Shown: piece by piece, positions 1 through 10,628 of the stretch | Layout of the letters: every line of letters begins with the position of its first letter | Position numbering within the stretch: the first letter of the stretch is position 1 | Assembly (NCBI GenBank): GCA_963745035.1 | Contig: CAVUVW010000010.1 | Span: 1 to 64,000, forward strand | Length of the DNA: 64,000 nucleotides | Reading direction: 5' to 3' | DNA from: an uncultured delta proteobacterium | Lineage (GTDB): Bacteria; Desulfobacterota; Binatia; UBA9968 | Notes under the pieces: model-generated | Seen by the model: the letters and a program-made list of their open reading frames with translations, nothing else | What the model was told of the DNA's origin: nothing | Database searches by the model: none | Made by a program: the position numbers and the translations under genes

Positions 1-17
1 TTGCTAAATTGTCTTAG

Positions 18-295
18 ATGATCCGAAGCTTCAAGGACCGGAAGACGGAGGATTTTTTCGGTGGAGAGAATGTCAGGCAGTTCTCGGCTTCAAGAGGGCG
101 GCGGAGCGCAAGCTGGTGATGCTGGACAGCGCAGTGAAACTCGGCGACCTCGCCGCGAGTCCCGGAAATAGATTGGAAAAGTTATCGGGAAACAGGGCCG
201 GACAATACAGTATCCGGATCAACGACCAATGGCGGATCTGTTTTACTTGGAAAGACGATGGTCCGCATGACGTCGAAATCGTGGACTATCATTAA
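18..295 (+). CDS. higB: HigB/RelE-family toxin (frameshift near nt 85)
   Basis: MIRSFKDRKTEDFF... continues in another frame as ...GNRLEKLSGNRAGQYSIRINDQWRICFTW...EIVDYH*; directly upstream of HigA. Confidence 0.85.
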
Positions 296-306
296 GGAGT
301 AGCAAA

Positions 307-615
307 ATGAAGAAGAATGGAATGCGACCGGTTCCGCCGGGTGAAATTCTCAACGAGGAGTTTTTGAAGCCGCTAGGCTTGACGGCAAACGCGCTCGCGA
401 AGGCGATCGGGGTGCCGCCTAACCGGATCACGGCGATCCTGAAGGATGAAAGAGGTATCACAGGGGACACGGCAATCCGGCTGGGAACATTTTTCAAAAC
501 CTCGGCGGAATTCTGGATGAACCTGCAAATGACCTACGACCTGCGTAACGCTGAGAAGGCGCTGCCGGCGAGGGTGAGAAAGAGTATCGAAGACAGCAGG
601 AGCCTGCTGCCATGA
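307..615 (+). CDS. higA: HigA HTH antitoxin
   Basis: PVPPGEILNEEFLKPLG...AEFWMNLQ motifs; AAGGAG RBS. Confidence 0.92.
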   Translation: MKKNGMRPVPPGEILNEEFLKPLGLTANALAKAIGVPPNRITAILKDERGITGDTAIRLGTFFKTSAEFWMNLQMTYDLRNAEKALPARVRKSIEDSRSLLP

Positions 616-652
616 TATAGAATCCAAACCCCAATCCGCCCTCAAACTTTTC

Positions 653-1669
653 ATGAGTGACACCAATGTTTCCTCGAACTCGGAGATAACGACGATGCCT
701 CAAAAAACTTGCTTCAGTAGGTTGTGGTCAACGACCGCGTTGCTGGCGATTTCGATGCTCATTGGAGTCGCTCACGCGGCGCAGCGGGAACTGAAGGAAG
801 TCAGAGTCGCCTATCCGCCGTCCATGGCCTCGGTGACGCTGATGACGGGCATCAAGCAGAAATTTTTCGAAGAGCAAGGCCTCACTCCCACACTGCTTGT
901 GATCGCCAGCGATTTGGCTATGAAGAGCCAAGTGGTGGGTGAGATAGATTATACGCTCTTCGGCGGCGGCACGGGCATGGTCGCGGCGGCGCAGGGCTTG
1001 CCGATCAGGGTCGTGCACCTGCCGCATAAATTTGCCGATCTTACATTGGTCGGGCGACCGGAATTCAAAACAGTCGCTCAGCTGCGCGGCAAAAAAGTTG
1101 CCGTCAGCAGTTTTTCTGGTGCGGTTTACAGCTCCACGCGCGCGATGCTCGCTGCTGGCGGATTGGACCCCGACAAAGATGTCGTGATGATTCCGATGGG
1201 CCGCGAACCGATTCGCCTGCAGGCACTGCTCGCCGGGAGCATCGATGCTAGCCCGCTGCCTGTGCCGCTGCACGCCATAGCGGAAGAAAAGGGCATGAGT
1301 CTGCTCGCCGATATCGAAGGCAAGTTCGAAGTTCCGTTTAGCGGGGTAACGGTGACCGAAAGAAAGCTGCGCGACAACCCTGACGAAGTGAAGCGTTTTA
1401 TCCGGGCCATGGTGAAAGCCGGCCGATACTTCCTGAGCCATCGCGATGAATCGGTGGCGCTCTATATGAATTGGCTCAAGCTGTCGAAGGCGATCGCCGA
1501 AAACGCCTATACCCGCTCGATCAAATCGGTCAGTCCCGATGGGTTGGGCAAAGAGAGCGCGATCAAGACCCAACTGGGGCTGATCAAACAGACCACGGGC
1601 AAGGATGTGAAGGTCGAGGCTGTGATCGATTTCACGTTGCTGCGGCAGGTGTTAGCGGAAACAAAATGA
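653..1669 (+). CDS. NMT1/SsuA-like ABC substrate-binding protein
   Basis: Signal peptide, LRGKKVAVS, GLDPDKDV motifs. Confidence 0.85.
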   Translation: MSDTNVSSNSEITTMPQKTCFSRLWSTTALLAISMLIGVAHAAQRELKEVRVAYPPSMASVTLMTGIKQKFFEEQGLTPTLLVIASDLAMKSQVVGEIDYTLFGGGTGMVAAAQGLPIRVVHLPHKFADLTLVGRPEFKTVAQLRGKKVAVSSFSGAVYSSTRAMLAAGGLDPDKDVVMIPMGREPIRLQALLAGSIDASPLPVPLHAIAEEKGMSLLADIEGKFEVPFSGVTVTERKLRDNPDEVKRFIRAMVKAGRYFLSHRDESVALYMNWLKLSKAIAENAYTRSIKSVSPDGLGKESAIKTQLGLIKQTTGKDVKVEAVIDFTLLRQVLAETK

Positions 1670-1954
1670 ACAACACACCGGACGACACCTCAAACCGGCA
1701 TCCGCGGTCACTTCTCACTCACTGATCAACGCCGGAGCCCGCCGCCTTGATGCGGCCGTGTAAAGTCCAGACTCAGGCCTGACCCGAGATTTCCCCTATC
1801 TGACCCGGATTTTATGGCCGGAGGATCGGCTTGTCGGATGCCGTGGAGTAGCCTGCTTAAGTGTTAAAGTCGATTTTTAAAAGCCGCTTGAAATCCCCCG
1901 GAGCAAAATGCCATGAAGAAACATAGATGCAGGAAGAATACAGGAGGTTTTCAG

Positions 1955-2171
1955 ATGAAAAGAAACCCAATCATGACGGGAGTGGCAGTTTTAGCTGTTG
2001 GCGGGCGCGGTTTCAGCCTGCTTCTCGTTTCAAGGCGGAGATGAGACGGTTGTTCAGCAGCGGTCTCCGACAACAGATGCGGAGCTCCGGGATCTCAAGG
2101 CCGCTTACGACAAAGGAATTATCTCGGAGCGGGAATATAATCAGCAAAGGGACAGATTGCTGGGTCGGTAA
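1955..2171 (+). CDS. Small SHOCT-domain lipoprotein (frameshifted)
   Basis: GGAGG RBS, MKRNPIM..., then in a shifted frame ELRDLKAAYDKGIISEREYNQQRDRLL*. Confidence 0.6.
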
Positions 2172-2202
2172 AAATCTTAAAAAAATGCGGGAGGTCTTTT
2201 TG

Positions 2203-2406
2203 ATGGGAAGAGAAATATTTCTATTGTGCGGAGCGGTGTTTTTGTCCGGTTGTATCTCCGTGTCAAGCGGTGAAAGGACCGTACAGGAGGAACCGGCAGG
2301 GAGGACCACTGGCCAGCAACTCCAGGATCTCAAAGCCGATTACGATAGGGGACGCATCTCCGAACAAGAATACAATCAGCGGCGAAACAGGCTGCTAGGC
2401 AACTAA
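2203..2406 (+). CDS. Small SHOCT-domain lipoprotein
   Basis: LSGC lipobox; QLQDLKADYDRGRISEQEYNQRRNRLL; paralog of the upstream ORF. Confidence 0.75.
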   Translation: MGREIFLLCGAVFLSGCISVSSGERTVQEEPAGRTTGQQLQDLKADYDRGRISEQEYNQRRNRLLGN

Positions 2407-2610
2407 AAAACTAGAAAAGGGAAATTTTACAACCGCTTTAGTTGCTTTCATATCTCTGCCGCTCAGTTTCTCCAATGGAATTGCAAAAAATAAAGCTGCC
2501 GGTCAAGGAGCATTGAGGGCCAGGTCTTGGTCTTGCAATCACACATTTGTCGCAATGCAAGACGCGACCCCGTTAATGCTCGCGGACCGTTGTACTTTCG
2601 ACAGCTCCGG

Positions 2611-3699
2611 TCATCGGCGCACAAATTCCGCGACCAGTCTCTGCCAGCGATTCATCGCCTCGTCGTATTGCGCAGTGGTGAAACCCTCTTCCGGGTACCA
2701 GCGTTTGAAGCCGGTCTCACGCACCGGACTGCCGTGGCGGAACATATCCACGAGCACTTTCTGTCCTTCGGGACTGAGAAAGAAATCAACCAACAGCAAC
2801 GCTCCGTGGGGCCGTTGCGCGTGTGCGAAAACAGCCACGCCGCCGGCGATGGCCGGCACCAGATCCATGGGAACCCACGCGACCGACGCGCCTTTGTCGA
2901 CAGCATGACCGATATTGCTCTGAATTGCCGTGAACGACAGCGCCACCTCTCCCGAAACAATCATCTCGTTGAACCCCGGACCGCTGACGCCATGAACGGT
3001 CACATCCTGTTCCTTCAACTTCTTCACAAAACCGTCGCCCTTCGCCTTAAGCATACCGCCGATCAATCGGGCCGCGACATCGTCATTGCTGATGGCCATT
3101 TTACTTCTCAACGCGGGCTTGAGCAGGTCGTCGAAGTTTTTCGGGATATCGGCTGAGGGCATGGTTTTTCTGTTGTAGCCGACGCCAATATACGATTCGC
3201 GGTCGGTGGTCCAGAAGACCAGACCGCCGGGCGCCTTTTGCTTGGCGACTTCGGGATACTCCGATAGGTAGGGCGAGGTGTACGGCGCCAGGAGCTGGCT
3301 GTCGCGCAGCACCATCAAACCCGGCGGCGAAGTCTCGATGACATCTCCGAGCGGACGTTTGGAGCGCGCCTCGGCTAGAACTCTGGAAGCGAGCTGCGTG
3401 CCGCTCGCCCGATAAGTCTCCACGGTAACGCCGGGATACTTGGCCTCGAAAATCTTGACGATCTCCTTGTTGGCAATCAGTGATGTGTACCAGAGAAACT
3501 TGCCTTCCTTTTTGGCGCCTTCATACAGCAAACGCTCACGGTCCGGCCCGGTGTATTTGGCCAAATCGGCCAGGGTCGCCGGTTTCGCGCTCTGAGCCGA
3601 CGCGCTTCCCAGTAGCCCGGCAAGTAAAACCATAGCCGCAAGATAGTTTCTTCCAGTCGACATCAACATCCTCCTTATGGGCACATTCTTGGACTTCAA
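2611..3699 (-). CDS. ABC extracellular solute-binding protein (Fe/thiamine-like cluster)
   Basis: GAKKEG...WYTS, FEAKYPGV, LLVDFFLSPEGQ; exact start uncertain. Confidence 0.85.
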   Translation of the reverse strand: MKSKNVPIRRMLMSTGRNYLAAMVLLAGLLGSASAQSAKPATLADLAKYTGPDRERLLYEGAKKEGKFLWYTSLIANKEIVKIFEAKYPGVTVETYRASGTQLASRVLAEARSKRPLGDVIETSPPGLMVLRDSQLLAPYTSPYLSEYPEVAKQKAPGGLVFWTTDRESYIGVGYNRKTMPSADIPKNFDDLLKPALRSKMAISNDDVAARLIGGMLKAKGDGFVKKLKEQDVTVHGVSGPGFNEMIVSGEVALSFTAIQSNIGHAVDKGASVAWVPMDLVPAIAGGVAVFAHAQRPHGALLLVDFFLSPEGQKVLVDMFRHGSPVRETGFKRWYPEEGFTTAQYDEAMNRWQRLVAEFVRR

Positions 3700-4863
3700 T
3701 TACTTGACCACGCCCTCCGCACGAAGATCGGCAAGCTCCTGGCTCGATAAACCCAGTTCTCCGCCGATTACTTCGTCGGTGTGCTGGCCGATGGTCGGCG
3801 CATCGTGGTGGATGGCTGTTGGCGTCCTCGAGAGATGAATCCACGGAGCCAACAAAGTCGTTGGGCCCGCGGTCGGGTGTTCGCGCTCGATGAACGCACG
3901 CCGCTCCTTGATATGCCGGTCCTCCATCACTTCGCCGACCGAAAGCACGGGCGCGCCGAAATAATCCAGCTCGCGCAGTCCGTCCCAGATTTCCCGGCGG
4001 GTTTTACCGCTCGCCCAGGCTCTGACCAGCTCCTCAAGTTCCGCGCGATTCTGCCGGCGTGCCGTCGTTGTGGCAAAGCGCGGATCCTGAACGAGATCGT
4101 TTCGATTCATTAGCCGTGTTACTGCGGACCAAACGGTATCGCTCATTTCCGGCACACGTAACGTGAAATAGCCGTCGGCCACCTTCATGGGCCGGTTGCC
4201 GACACTGACGCCGGTGAAATGCTCGTGCAGCGAGCTGATCATGAATCCGAGCACCGCTTCTTGCATCGAGACTTCTACCTTTTGTCCCTCTCCGGTGCGC
4301 TCGCGCGCGTGCAGCGCGGCGAGGATACCGAGCGCGATGCTCACGCCCGCGGCCTCGTCGCCAATACCAAGGGTCTTGGTTCCCGTTGCGCCGTTGTTCT
4401 TCCACGCGCTGTGAAGCCACCCGGCGATACTGTTGTTGGAAGCTGCGGTGTTGCCATAATTCGCGTATGGCCCCCATTCGCCGTAGCCGCGCGAACACGC
4501 GTAGATCAGCCGCGGGTTTATGGCTTTCACGGAATCGTAATCCAAACCGAAGCGCTCCATCACTCCTTTTTGATAGTTCTCGACGAGCACATCGGCGCGT
4601 TCGATGAGCCGTCGCGCCAGCTCCACGCCTTTTGGAGTTTTTAGATTGAGCACGATGCTCTTCTTGTTGACGTTGATCGACAAAGACTCGTACGCATCGA
4701 CAGTGGCGCCGGGCGGCATCCACAAGCGGCGAAACTCATCGCCGTTGGGCGGCTCCACCTTTATGATGTCGGCCCCGAGATGACCGAGCAGCATCACGCA
4801 GAACGGACCGGCGAGCGCGTGGGTAAAGTCGATCACGCGTAGGTCTTGGAGAGCGCCGGGCAT
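3700..4863 (-). CDS. CaiB/BaiF family III CoA-transferase
   Basis: LRVIDFTHALAGPFC, LGADIIKVEPP, APTIGQHTDEV. Confidence 0.93.
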   Translation of the reverse strand: MPGALQDLRVIDFTHALAGPFCVMLLGHLGADIIKVEPPNGDEFRRLWMPPGATVDAYESLSINVNKKSIVLNLKTPKGVELARRLIERADVLVENYQKGVMERFGLDYDSVKAINPRLIYACSRGYGEWGPYANYGNTAASNNSIAGWLHSAWKNNGATGTKTLGIGDEAAGVSIALGILAALHARERTGEGQKVEVSMQEAVLGFMISSLHEHFTGVSVGNRPMKVADGYFTLRVPEMSDTVWSAVTRLMNRNDLVQDPRFATTTARRQNRAELEELVRAWASGKTRREIWDGLRELDYFGAPVLSVGEVMEDRHIKERRAFIEREHPTAGPTTLLAPWIHLSRTPTAIHHDAPTIGQHTDEVIGGELGLSSQELADLRAEGVVK

Positions 4864-4883
4864 GGTGAATTCCTCCTGAATGC

Positions 4884-4972
4884 TTGGAGTGTTGGAGTGT
4901 ATTGGAGTGATGAATAGGAGCTGGCGCAATGGGTCGCAGTACTCCAGCACTCCATTACTCCAGCACTCCACT
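4884..4972. repeat. Inverted 8-mer repeat (TGGAGTRH / TACTCCA) hairpin element
   Basis: ttggagtgttggagtgtattggagtgatg...gtactccagcactccattactccagcactcca; similar element at 38217-38290. Confidence 0.7.
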
Positions 4973-5392
4973 CTTCTCTACTGGCCGAAACTTCGGCAGT
5001 GTTACCTCCGCCGTGACATCTTCGAAAACCACGCGCACGGGCATGCCGACGCGCACGTCCTGCGTTGGGCATCCGATTACATTGCTAATCATCGTGATCT
5101 GCCGGTCCGTGCCATCCAGCGTAATATGCGCTACGACGTACGGAACATCTTCTTGGAAGGCGGCGATGGACACGTAATGCACGATCACGAATGAAGCCAC
5201 GACGCCGGTTTCGCCGAGTTTCGTCCAGTCGAAGTTCCAGGAATAGCAATGTGGGCAGAACGCTTGAGGCGGCCAGCGAAATTTTCCGCAATCGCGACAG
5301 CGCTGCGCCGATAGCTCGTGCGCTTTGCATCCATCCCAGAACCGCTGCGAATCGACATCTGCCACTGGGAGCGGCTTAGTGTACTCTGTCAT
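4955..5392 (-). CDS. Zn-ribbon/OB-fold protein (DUF35/ChsH2-like)
   Basis: QRCRDCGKFRWPPQAFCPHC; VGMPVRVVF; adjacent to a thiolase. Confidence 0.92.
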   Translation of the reverse strand: MTEYTKPLPVADVDSQRFWDGCKAHELSAQRCRDCGKFRWPPQAFCPHCYSWNFDWTKLGETGVVASFVIVHYVSIAAFQEDVPYVVAHITLDGTDRQITMISNVIGCPTQDVRVGMPVRVVFEDVTAEVTLPKFRPVEKSGVLE

Positions 5393-5394
5393 CG

Positions 5395-6576
5395 CTAGGC
5401 CCTCCTCAACAGCATGGCGCTTTCGCCGCATTCGCCGCACACGAGAGCGATTTCAGGATTGCGCACCTGCCGGCAGACGGAGCGATCGTAGCTGTGCGCG
5501 CCGTTGCAGAGATCGTCGACCACGCCTTCGGGCCGCAGTTGCTGCACGGCCTCGATGACGTGATTGAGGCCGTGGATGTGCGCTTCGGAAAGCAATCCGC
5601 CGTGCGTATTGACCGGCAAATCCCCGTCGAGCCGGTTGTGGCCCGCCGTCACCCAGCCGCCGATCTCGCCCTTCTTTACCAGTCCGAAATCTTCGATGTG
5701 AACCATGCACATGGCGGTAAAGGGATCGTAGATTTCGGCGATGCTGACGTCGCGCGGCGTGATCCCGGCTCCTTCGTAGAGCAGCGGAGCCGAGTTGGCG
5801 CCGTTGGTTTCCCAAAGACCCGAAGTCTGACCCTGGCCGCCCATTCCCGACATGATATAGACCGGCGCGGGCTTCCTATCGCGTGCCCGCTCCGCCGAGG
5901 TGATCACCAGCGCGACGCCGCCGTCGCTCTCCTGGCAGCAGTCGAGCAAGCGGAAAGGATAAATGATCCAGCGCGAGTTCTGATGATCTTCGATGGTCAT
6001 GGGCTTGCGCATCATCGCTTTCTGATTGAGCGCGGCGTGACTCCGTTCCGTGACGGCGAGATGAGCAAAGTCCAAAGTCGTGGTGCCGTAGCGCGCCATG
6101 TGCGCGGTCGCGATGGGACCGAAGGAAGCGGCCGCATGATGGATGCCGAACGGGGTGGTAAACTGCGCGTCGCCCTTGACGTCGTTGGCGCGTTCGGCGC
6201 GCGCCGCGCGTCCCTGGCTGTAGCGGTTCCGCGCTTTGAAAACCAGCACGTTCTTGCAGATCCCCGCATGCACGAGCATCGCGCCGGACAGCACGGCGCC
6301 GCAGTTCCACCCGCCGCCGCCGTCGCTGTAAAACTCGAAGTTGCACTTCTTGAGACCCAGCGCGCGCACCAGCTCGCGCACCATCTGCCCTTCCGGCTGG
6401 CGGTGGTAGAACGACACCACGCCGTCGATGTCCTGAACTTTGAGCCCGGCATCCGCGATCGCCTTGAGACTCGCTTCCGCGGCCAGGCTCAAGGTCGTTA
6501 CTCCGGAGTTGCGTGAGAACGCTGTCCAGCCGATCCCAACTATGGCGGTTTTATCTTTGATCGCTTGTTCCGGCAT
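5395..6576 (-). CDS. SCP2-type thiolase/Ltp2-like protein
   Basis: AIVGIG, LLDCCQESDGG, VNTHGGLLSEAH. Confidence 0.92.
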   Translation of the reverse strand: MPEQAIKDKTAIVGIGWTAFSRNSGVTTLSLAAEASLKAIADAGLKVQDIDGVVSFYHRQPEGQMVRELVRALGLKKCNFEFYSDGGGGWNCGAVLSGAMLVHAGICKNVLVFKARNRYSQGRAARAERANDVKGDAQFTTPFGIHHAAASFGPIATAHMARYGTTTLDFAHLAVTERSHAALNQKAMMRKPMTIEDHQNSRWIIYPFRLLDCCQESDGGVALVITSAERARDRKPAPVYIMSGMGGQGQTSGLWETNGANSAPLLYEGAGITPRDVSIAEIYDPFTAMCMVHIEDFGLVKKGEIGGWVTAGHNRLDGDLPVNTHGGLLSEAHIHGLNHVIEAVQQLRPEGVVDDLCNGAHSYDRSVCRQVRNPEIALVCGECGESAMLLRRA

Positions 6577-6663
6577 CTTTACCTCTGTCTACCCGAATCA
6601 ATCCCGCATACTTCATTCGTCAATTTTTGTCATTTCGACGTAGAGAGAAATCTTTCCCGACTT

Positions 6664-7704
6664 TCAATTCGCAAAAATTTCCTTCAGCAGCCTTGCGTCT
6701 TCGTCAAAGCTGTCGGCCCAGGCAGGATCGACGGGGACGATCTGCGCGCCGCGCACTCTGATGCTTTCGTCTTGTGGCAAATCCGATCTTGCCACCAAGC
6801 GTCCGGCATTTTGATAGAGTTGCTGCCCTTCTTTGGACAGCAGGAAGTCCACTAACAGTCTCGCCGCAGCCGGGTGCGGCGCTTGTGAGATGAGACCCAC
6901 TCCGACCATGAGCCCCGGCAGAGGTCCGGGCGCGACCCAATCAATCGGCGCGCCCCTTTGTTTCAGCCGGTTGACGGTTACGGCATTGGCGTTGACCTGC
7001 AAGGTGGATTCGCCGGCCGCGACCAGTTGAGTGATGAGGGTCTGGCCGATCCGCAGCATGGGATTTTGCTTCGACAGCTCTCGCATGTATTTGATGCCCT
7101 TCTCCCTGCCCATGATGTGGAGCATGGCTGTGAACCAATCCACCTTGTCCTTCTCCAGGATCATCTTGTTCTTCCAGAAGGGAGTGAGCAGATCGTCGTA
7201 GCGCTTGGGCACGTTTGCCGCGGCGACAAGCTTGGTATTGTAGAGCACGACGTAGGGATTGTAGTAAGTCGCCGTCCAATACTTTTCCGCCTTGAAGCCC
7301 CGCGGGAAGAACCGGTCCTCGTTGGAAGCGTACTCCCCCAAGAGACCTCGCTTCTTCAAGGCGTCGAGATAAAACGCCGGCGTTTGCATCACGTCGACCA
7401 GGGATTTTTTTGCGCGCGTCTCTTGCAGCACTTTGGTGGTCAGCCGTTCGCCTTCGGCCCGGGTAATGTTCACCTCGAGAAATGGGTAGCGGGCCTTGAA
7501 GCGCGCGCTCATCGCCCCGGCTTCTTCCAGGTTGGTCGTCGTGTAAAAGACCACCTCACGCTCTTTCTTTGCCGCCTCGATGAGATCGTCCCGTGTCGCC
7601 GCGCGGGACGTTCGAGGAAACGCGACCGCAGCAAACACGACCACCGAAACACCGAAGCAAATACACGCCTTCGTGCGCCGCGTTAGCGTTTTTCGGTCAA
7701 ACAT
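6664..7704 (-). CDS. ABC extracellular solute-binding protein
   Basis: AAKKEREVVFYT, APHPAAARLLVDFLLSKEGQ. Confidence 0.88.
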   Translation of the reverse strand: MFDRKTLTRRTKACICFGVSVVVFAAVAFPRTSRAATRDDLIEAAKKEREVVFYTTTNLEEAGAMSARFKARYPFLEVNITRAEGERLTTKVLQETRAKKSLVDVMQTPAFYLDALKKRGLLGEYASNEDRFFPRGFKAEKYWTATYYNPYVVLYNTKLVAAANVPKRYDDLLTPFWKNKMILEKDKVDWFTAMLHIMGREKGIKYMRELSKQNPMLRIGQTLITQLVAAGESTLQVNANAVTVNRLKQRGAPIDWVAPGPLPGLMVGVGLISQAPHPAAARLLVDFLLSKEGQQLYQNAGRLVARSDLPQDESIRVRGAQIVPVDPAWADSFDEDARLLKEIFAN

Positions 7705-7844
7705 GTTGTTTCCTAGTTTTCTTAGCTATTGGCTCTCTCTTATTTGATCTTTCCTTTTCCTTCAACCGAAACGTTCATCGTCGCCCCGTGCACGTCGAGC
7801 TTTCCCGCATCAGTTCGGCGACCGGTGACACCGACGCCCTCACT

Positions 7845-8613
7845 TAAATTTGCCGATCTCACTTTGGTCGGGCGACCGGAATTTAAAACAGTCGCTCAGC
7901 TGCGCGGCAAAAAAGTTGCCGTCAGCAGCTTTTCCGGTGCGGTTTACAGCTCCACGCGCGCGATGCTCGCTGCTGGCGGATTGGACCCCGACAAAGATGT
8001 CGTGATGATTCCGATGGGCCGCGAACCGATTCGCCTGCAGGCACTGCTCGCCGGGAGCATCGATGCTAGCCCGCTGCCTGTGCCGCTGCACGCCATAGCG
8101 GAAGAAAAGGGCATGAGCCTGCTCGCCGATATCGAAGGCAAGTTCGAAGTTCCGTTTAGCGGGGTAACGGTGACCGAAAGAAAGCTGCGCGACAACCCTG
8201 ACGAAGTGAAGCGTTTTATCCGGGCCATGGTGAAAGCCGGCCGATACTTCCTCAGCCATCGCGATGAATCGGTGGCGCTCTATATGAATTGGCTCAAGCT
8301 GTCGAAGGTGATCGCCGAAAACGCCTATACCCGCTCGATTAAATCGGTCAGTCCCGATGGGTTGGGTAAAGAGAGCGCGATCAAGACCCAACTTGGGCTG
8401 ATCAAACAGACCACGGGGAAGGATGTGAAAGTCGAGGCTGTCATCGACTTCACGTTGCTGCGGCAGGTGTTAGCGGAAACAAAATGAACAACACACCGGA
8501 CGGCAGCTCAAACCGGCATCCGCGGTCACTTCTCACTCACCGATCAACGCCGGAGCCCGCCGCCTTGATGCGGCTGTGTAAAGTCCAGACTCAGGCCTGA
8601 TCCGAGATTTCCC
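7845..8613 (+). pseudogene. 5'-truncated near-identical duplicate of 1027-1795 (NMT1 SBP 3' part plus downstream flank)
   Basis: Protein KFADLTL...LAETK nearly identical; the shared sequence ends at ctcaggcctga(c/t)ccgagatttccc. Confidence 0.9.
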
Positions 8614-8701
8614 GCTCGCCGTTAAGTCCCTCTGCTTGACGGCACTTCGCGTCTGAAATAGAACCGACGAACGAGTCGAGTGTGGGAGGATCAAGAAAAA
8701 A

Positions 8702-9772
8702 GTGTACGCTGCGCGCCAATGGTTAGGGGATTTCGTCTGTCTACGATTGATCATTTCGATAACGCTATTCTGCTTCGCTACATTTATTGAAACGTTTCCG
8801 AGAGGCGCAGTCGCCGCCGACCGGAGCGTTACTCTGTCGCCGGACCAGATCGACAGATCTGCAAAGAAGCTTGAAAGGATAAGACTCGGGTATTCGGGCC
8901 CCAGCATGGGCAATATCCCGTTGCTGATGGCCGCCAAGAGGGGTTTTTTGGCCGATGAGGGTTTTTACGTCGAATTCATTCAGACCCGCAGCAACGTATC
9001 GATTGCAGCGGTGCTGACCGGCGACATGCAATACACATCGGCCACTGTCTCCTCGTCGAGCGCCGCCGGGCGCGGGGTGCCGATAAAGGTGGTGGCGGTG
9101 ATCGTGAACAGGCCCTACCAGTATTTCATCGTCAAACCGAATATACAGAGTATCGACCAGTTGCGCGGAAAGATCTTTGCCGTGGATTCGCTCGGCAGCA
9201 GCACCACTTATCTCCTTGCGAGAGAGGTGTTGAAACAGGCCGGTGTGGATCCTGACAAAGACATCAAGATTATCGGTACGGGGGACGCGTTCGCGCGACT
9301 GGCGCAAATGAAAGCGGGAACCATCGACGGTACCTCGATGACTCCTCCACAGTTGCTGGTCGCACGAAACCAGGGATTCCGGATCTTGGGCAGCGTAAAA
9401 AATGTGCCCGAACTGCCGTCCACCGGCATTGCCGCTTCAGAGAAGTCGTTGAAAGAAAATCCGGAGCACGTAAGAAAAATGCTCCGAGCCACGGTCCGCG
9501 CGCTGGCGTTTGTGCGCGACAACCCGGAAGATACGATACGGCTGGTCATGGACCACCTCAAGCTCGACCGCGCCACAGCCGAGGAATCCTACGAGCTGGT
9601 AAAGGACGCCTACTCTCCGGACGGCAGCATGAGCGACCAAGGATTTCGCTTGGTCTCCGAGCTGCAGCGCGAAACCGGTTTCGCGAAGGCCGGTCCCGCC
9701 GCTCAGATGAGCGATTTCTCATTGCTGCGCCAGGTTCAAGGCCAGCTAAGAGCAGAAGGTATTTTGAAGTAG
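8702..9772 (+). CDS. NMT1/SsuA-like ABC substrate-binding protein
   Basis: IRLGYSG, GVDPDKDI, DFSLLRQV; start uncertain. Confidence 0.85.
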   Translation: MYAARQWLGDFVCLRLIISITLFCFATFIETFPRGAVAADRSVTLSPDQIDRSAKKLERIRLGYSGPSMGNIPLLMAAKRGFLADEGFYVEFIQTRSNVSIAAVLTGDMQYTSATVSSSSAAGRGVPIKVVAVIVNRPYQYFIVKPNIQSIDQLRGKIFAVDSLGSSTTYLLAREVLKQAGVDPDKDIKIIGTGDAFARLAQMKAGTIDGTSMTPPQLLVARNQGFRILGSVKNVPELPSTGIAASEKSLKENPEHVRKMLRATVRALAFVRDNPEDTIRLVMDHLKLDRATAEESYELVKDAYSPDGSMSDQGFRLVSELQRETGFAKAGPAAQMSDFSLLRQVQGQLRAEGILK

Positions 9773-9837
9773 AAAATTCCATCCGGCGCTGTTTCGACTA
9801 GGATGGCGCCGAGATTTTAGGGAGGCAAGCATACCCA

Positions 9838-10596
9838 ATGAGACTCTCACAACGAGTGGCGATCGTAACCGGTTCCGGCAACGGGATCGGCAAAGCGCTA
9901 GCAGGAGGCCTGGCCCGCGAAGGAGCGAAATTGGTAGTTGCCGAGCTCGATGCCGAGGCGGCCAAGCGGACGGAATCGGAAATTCGCGACGCCGGCGGCG
10001 AGGCGATCGCCGTAGTCACCGATGTTTCGTCGGAGGAAAGCACGCGGAGCATGGTGCAGCAGGCAGTCGCCGCCTACGGCAAGGTCGATATTCTGATCAA
10101 CGACGCCGCACACCCGCCGCTGCCGCGAAAAGCGTGGCACGAATTGTCCGTCGAGGAGTGGAGCAAGCCTTTTAACGTCGATCTGAGAGGATGTTTCTTA
10201 TGCTCGAAGGCGGTGTTCCCGCACATGAGGGACCAACGCTCGGGACGGATCATCAATTTCTCCTCCAGCACGGTGGTCGGCGTGCCGGGAGGCGGCGGCG
10301 TGCTTCCGTACGTTTCCGCCAAGTCGGCCGTGATCGGTTTTACGCGCACACTGGCTCGACTCGTCGGCGACTTCAACATCAACGTCAATACCTTGATGCC
10401 GGGATCGACCCTCACCGAAAGGGTCAAACGGCGCCAATCCCAGGAGTACATCGACGCCTATACCGCACAAAGATGCCTCAAGCGCCCGGGACAACCCCAG
10501 GATCTCGTCGGCGCGGCTGTATTTCTGTCCTCGGATGACAGCAGCTTCATTACCGGCCAGACGATCCTTGTCGATGGCGGGCGCGGCATGCTGTGA
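9838..10596 (+). CDS. SDR oxidoreductase
   Basis: TGSGNGIG, YVSAK, ITGQTILVDGG. Confidence 0.95.
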   Translation: MRLSQRVAIVTGSGNGIGKALAGGLAREGAKLVVAELDAEAAKRTESEIRDAGGEAIAVVTDVSSEESTRSMVQQAVAAYGKVDILINDAAHPPLPRKAWHELSVEEWSKPFNVDLRGCFLCSKAVFPHMRDQRSGRIINFSSSTVVGVPGGGGVLPYVSAKSAVIGFTRTLARLVGDFNINVNTLMPGSTLTERVKRRQSQEYIDAYTAQRCLKRPGQPQDLVGAAVFLSSDDSSFITGQTILVDGGRGML

Positions 10597-10628
10597 GAGT
10601 AGCCGTTCGACCAAGGAAAAAGTAAAAG

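Noticed and set aside
7729-8487. 252-aa ORF as an intact SBP gene
   Set aside because: The first 39 or so residues are unrelated sequence fused to a truncated duplicate; no signal peptide.
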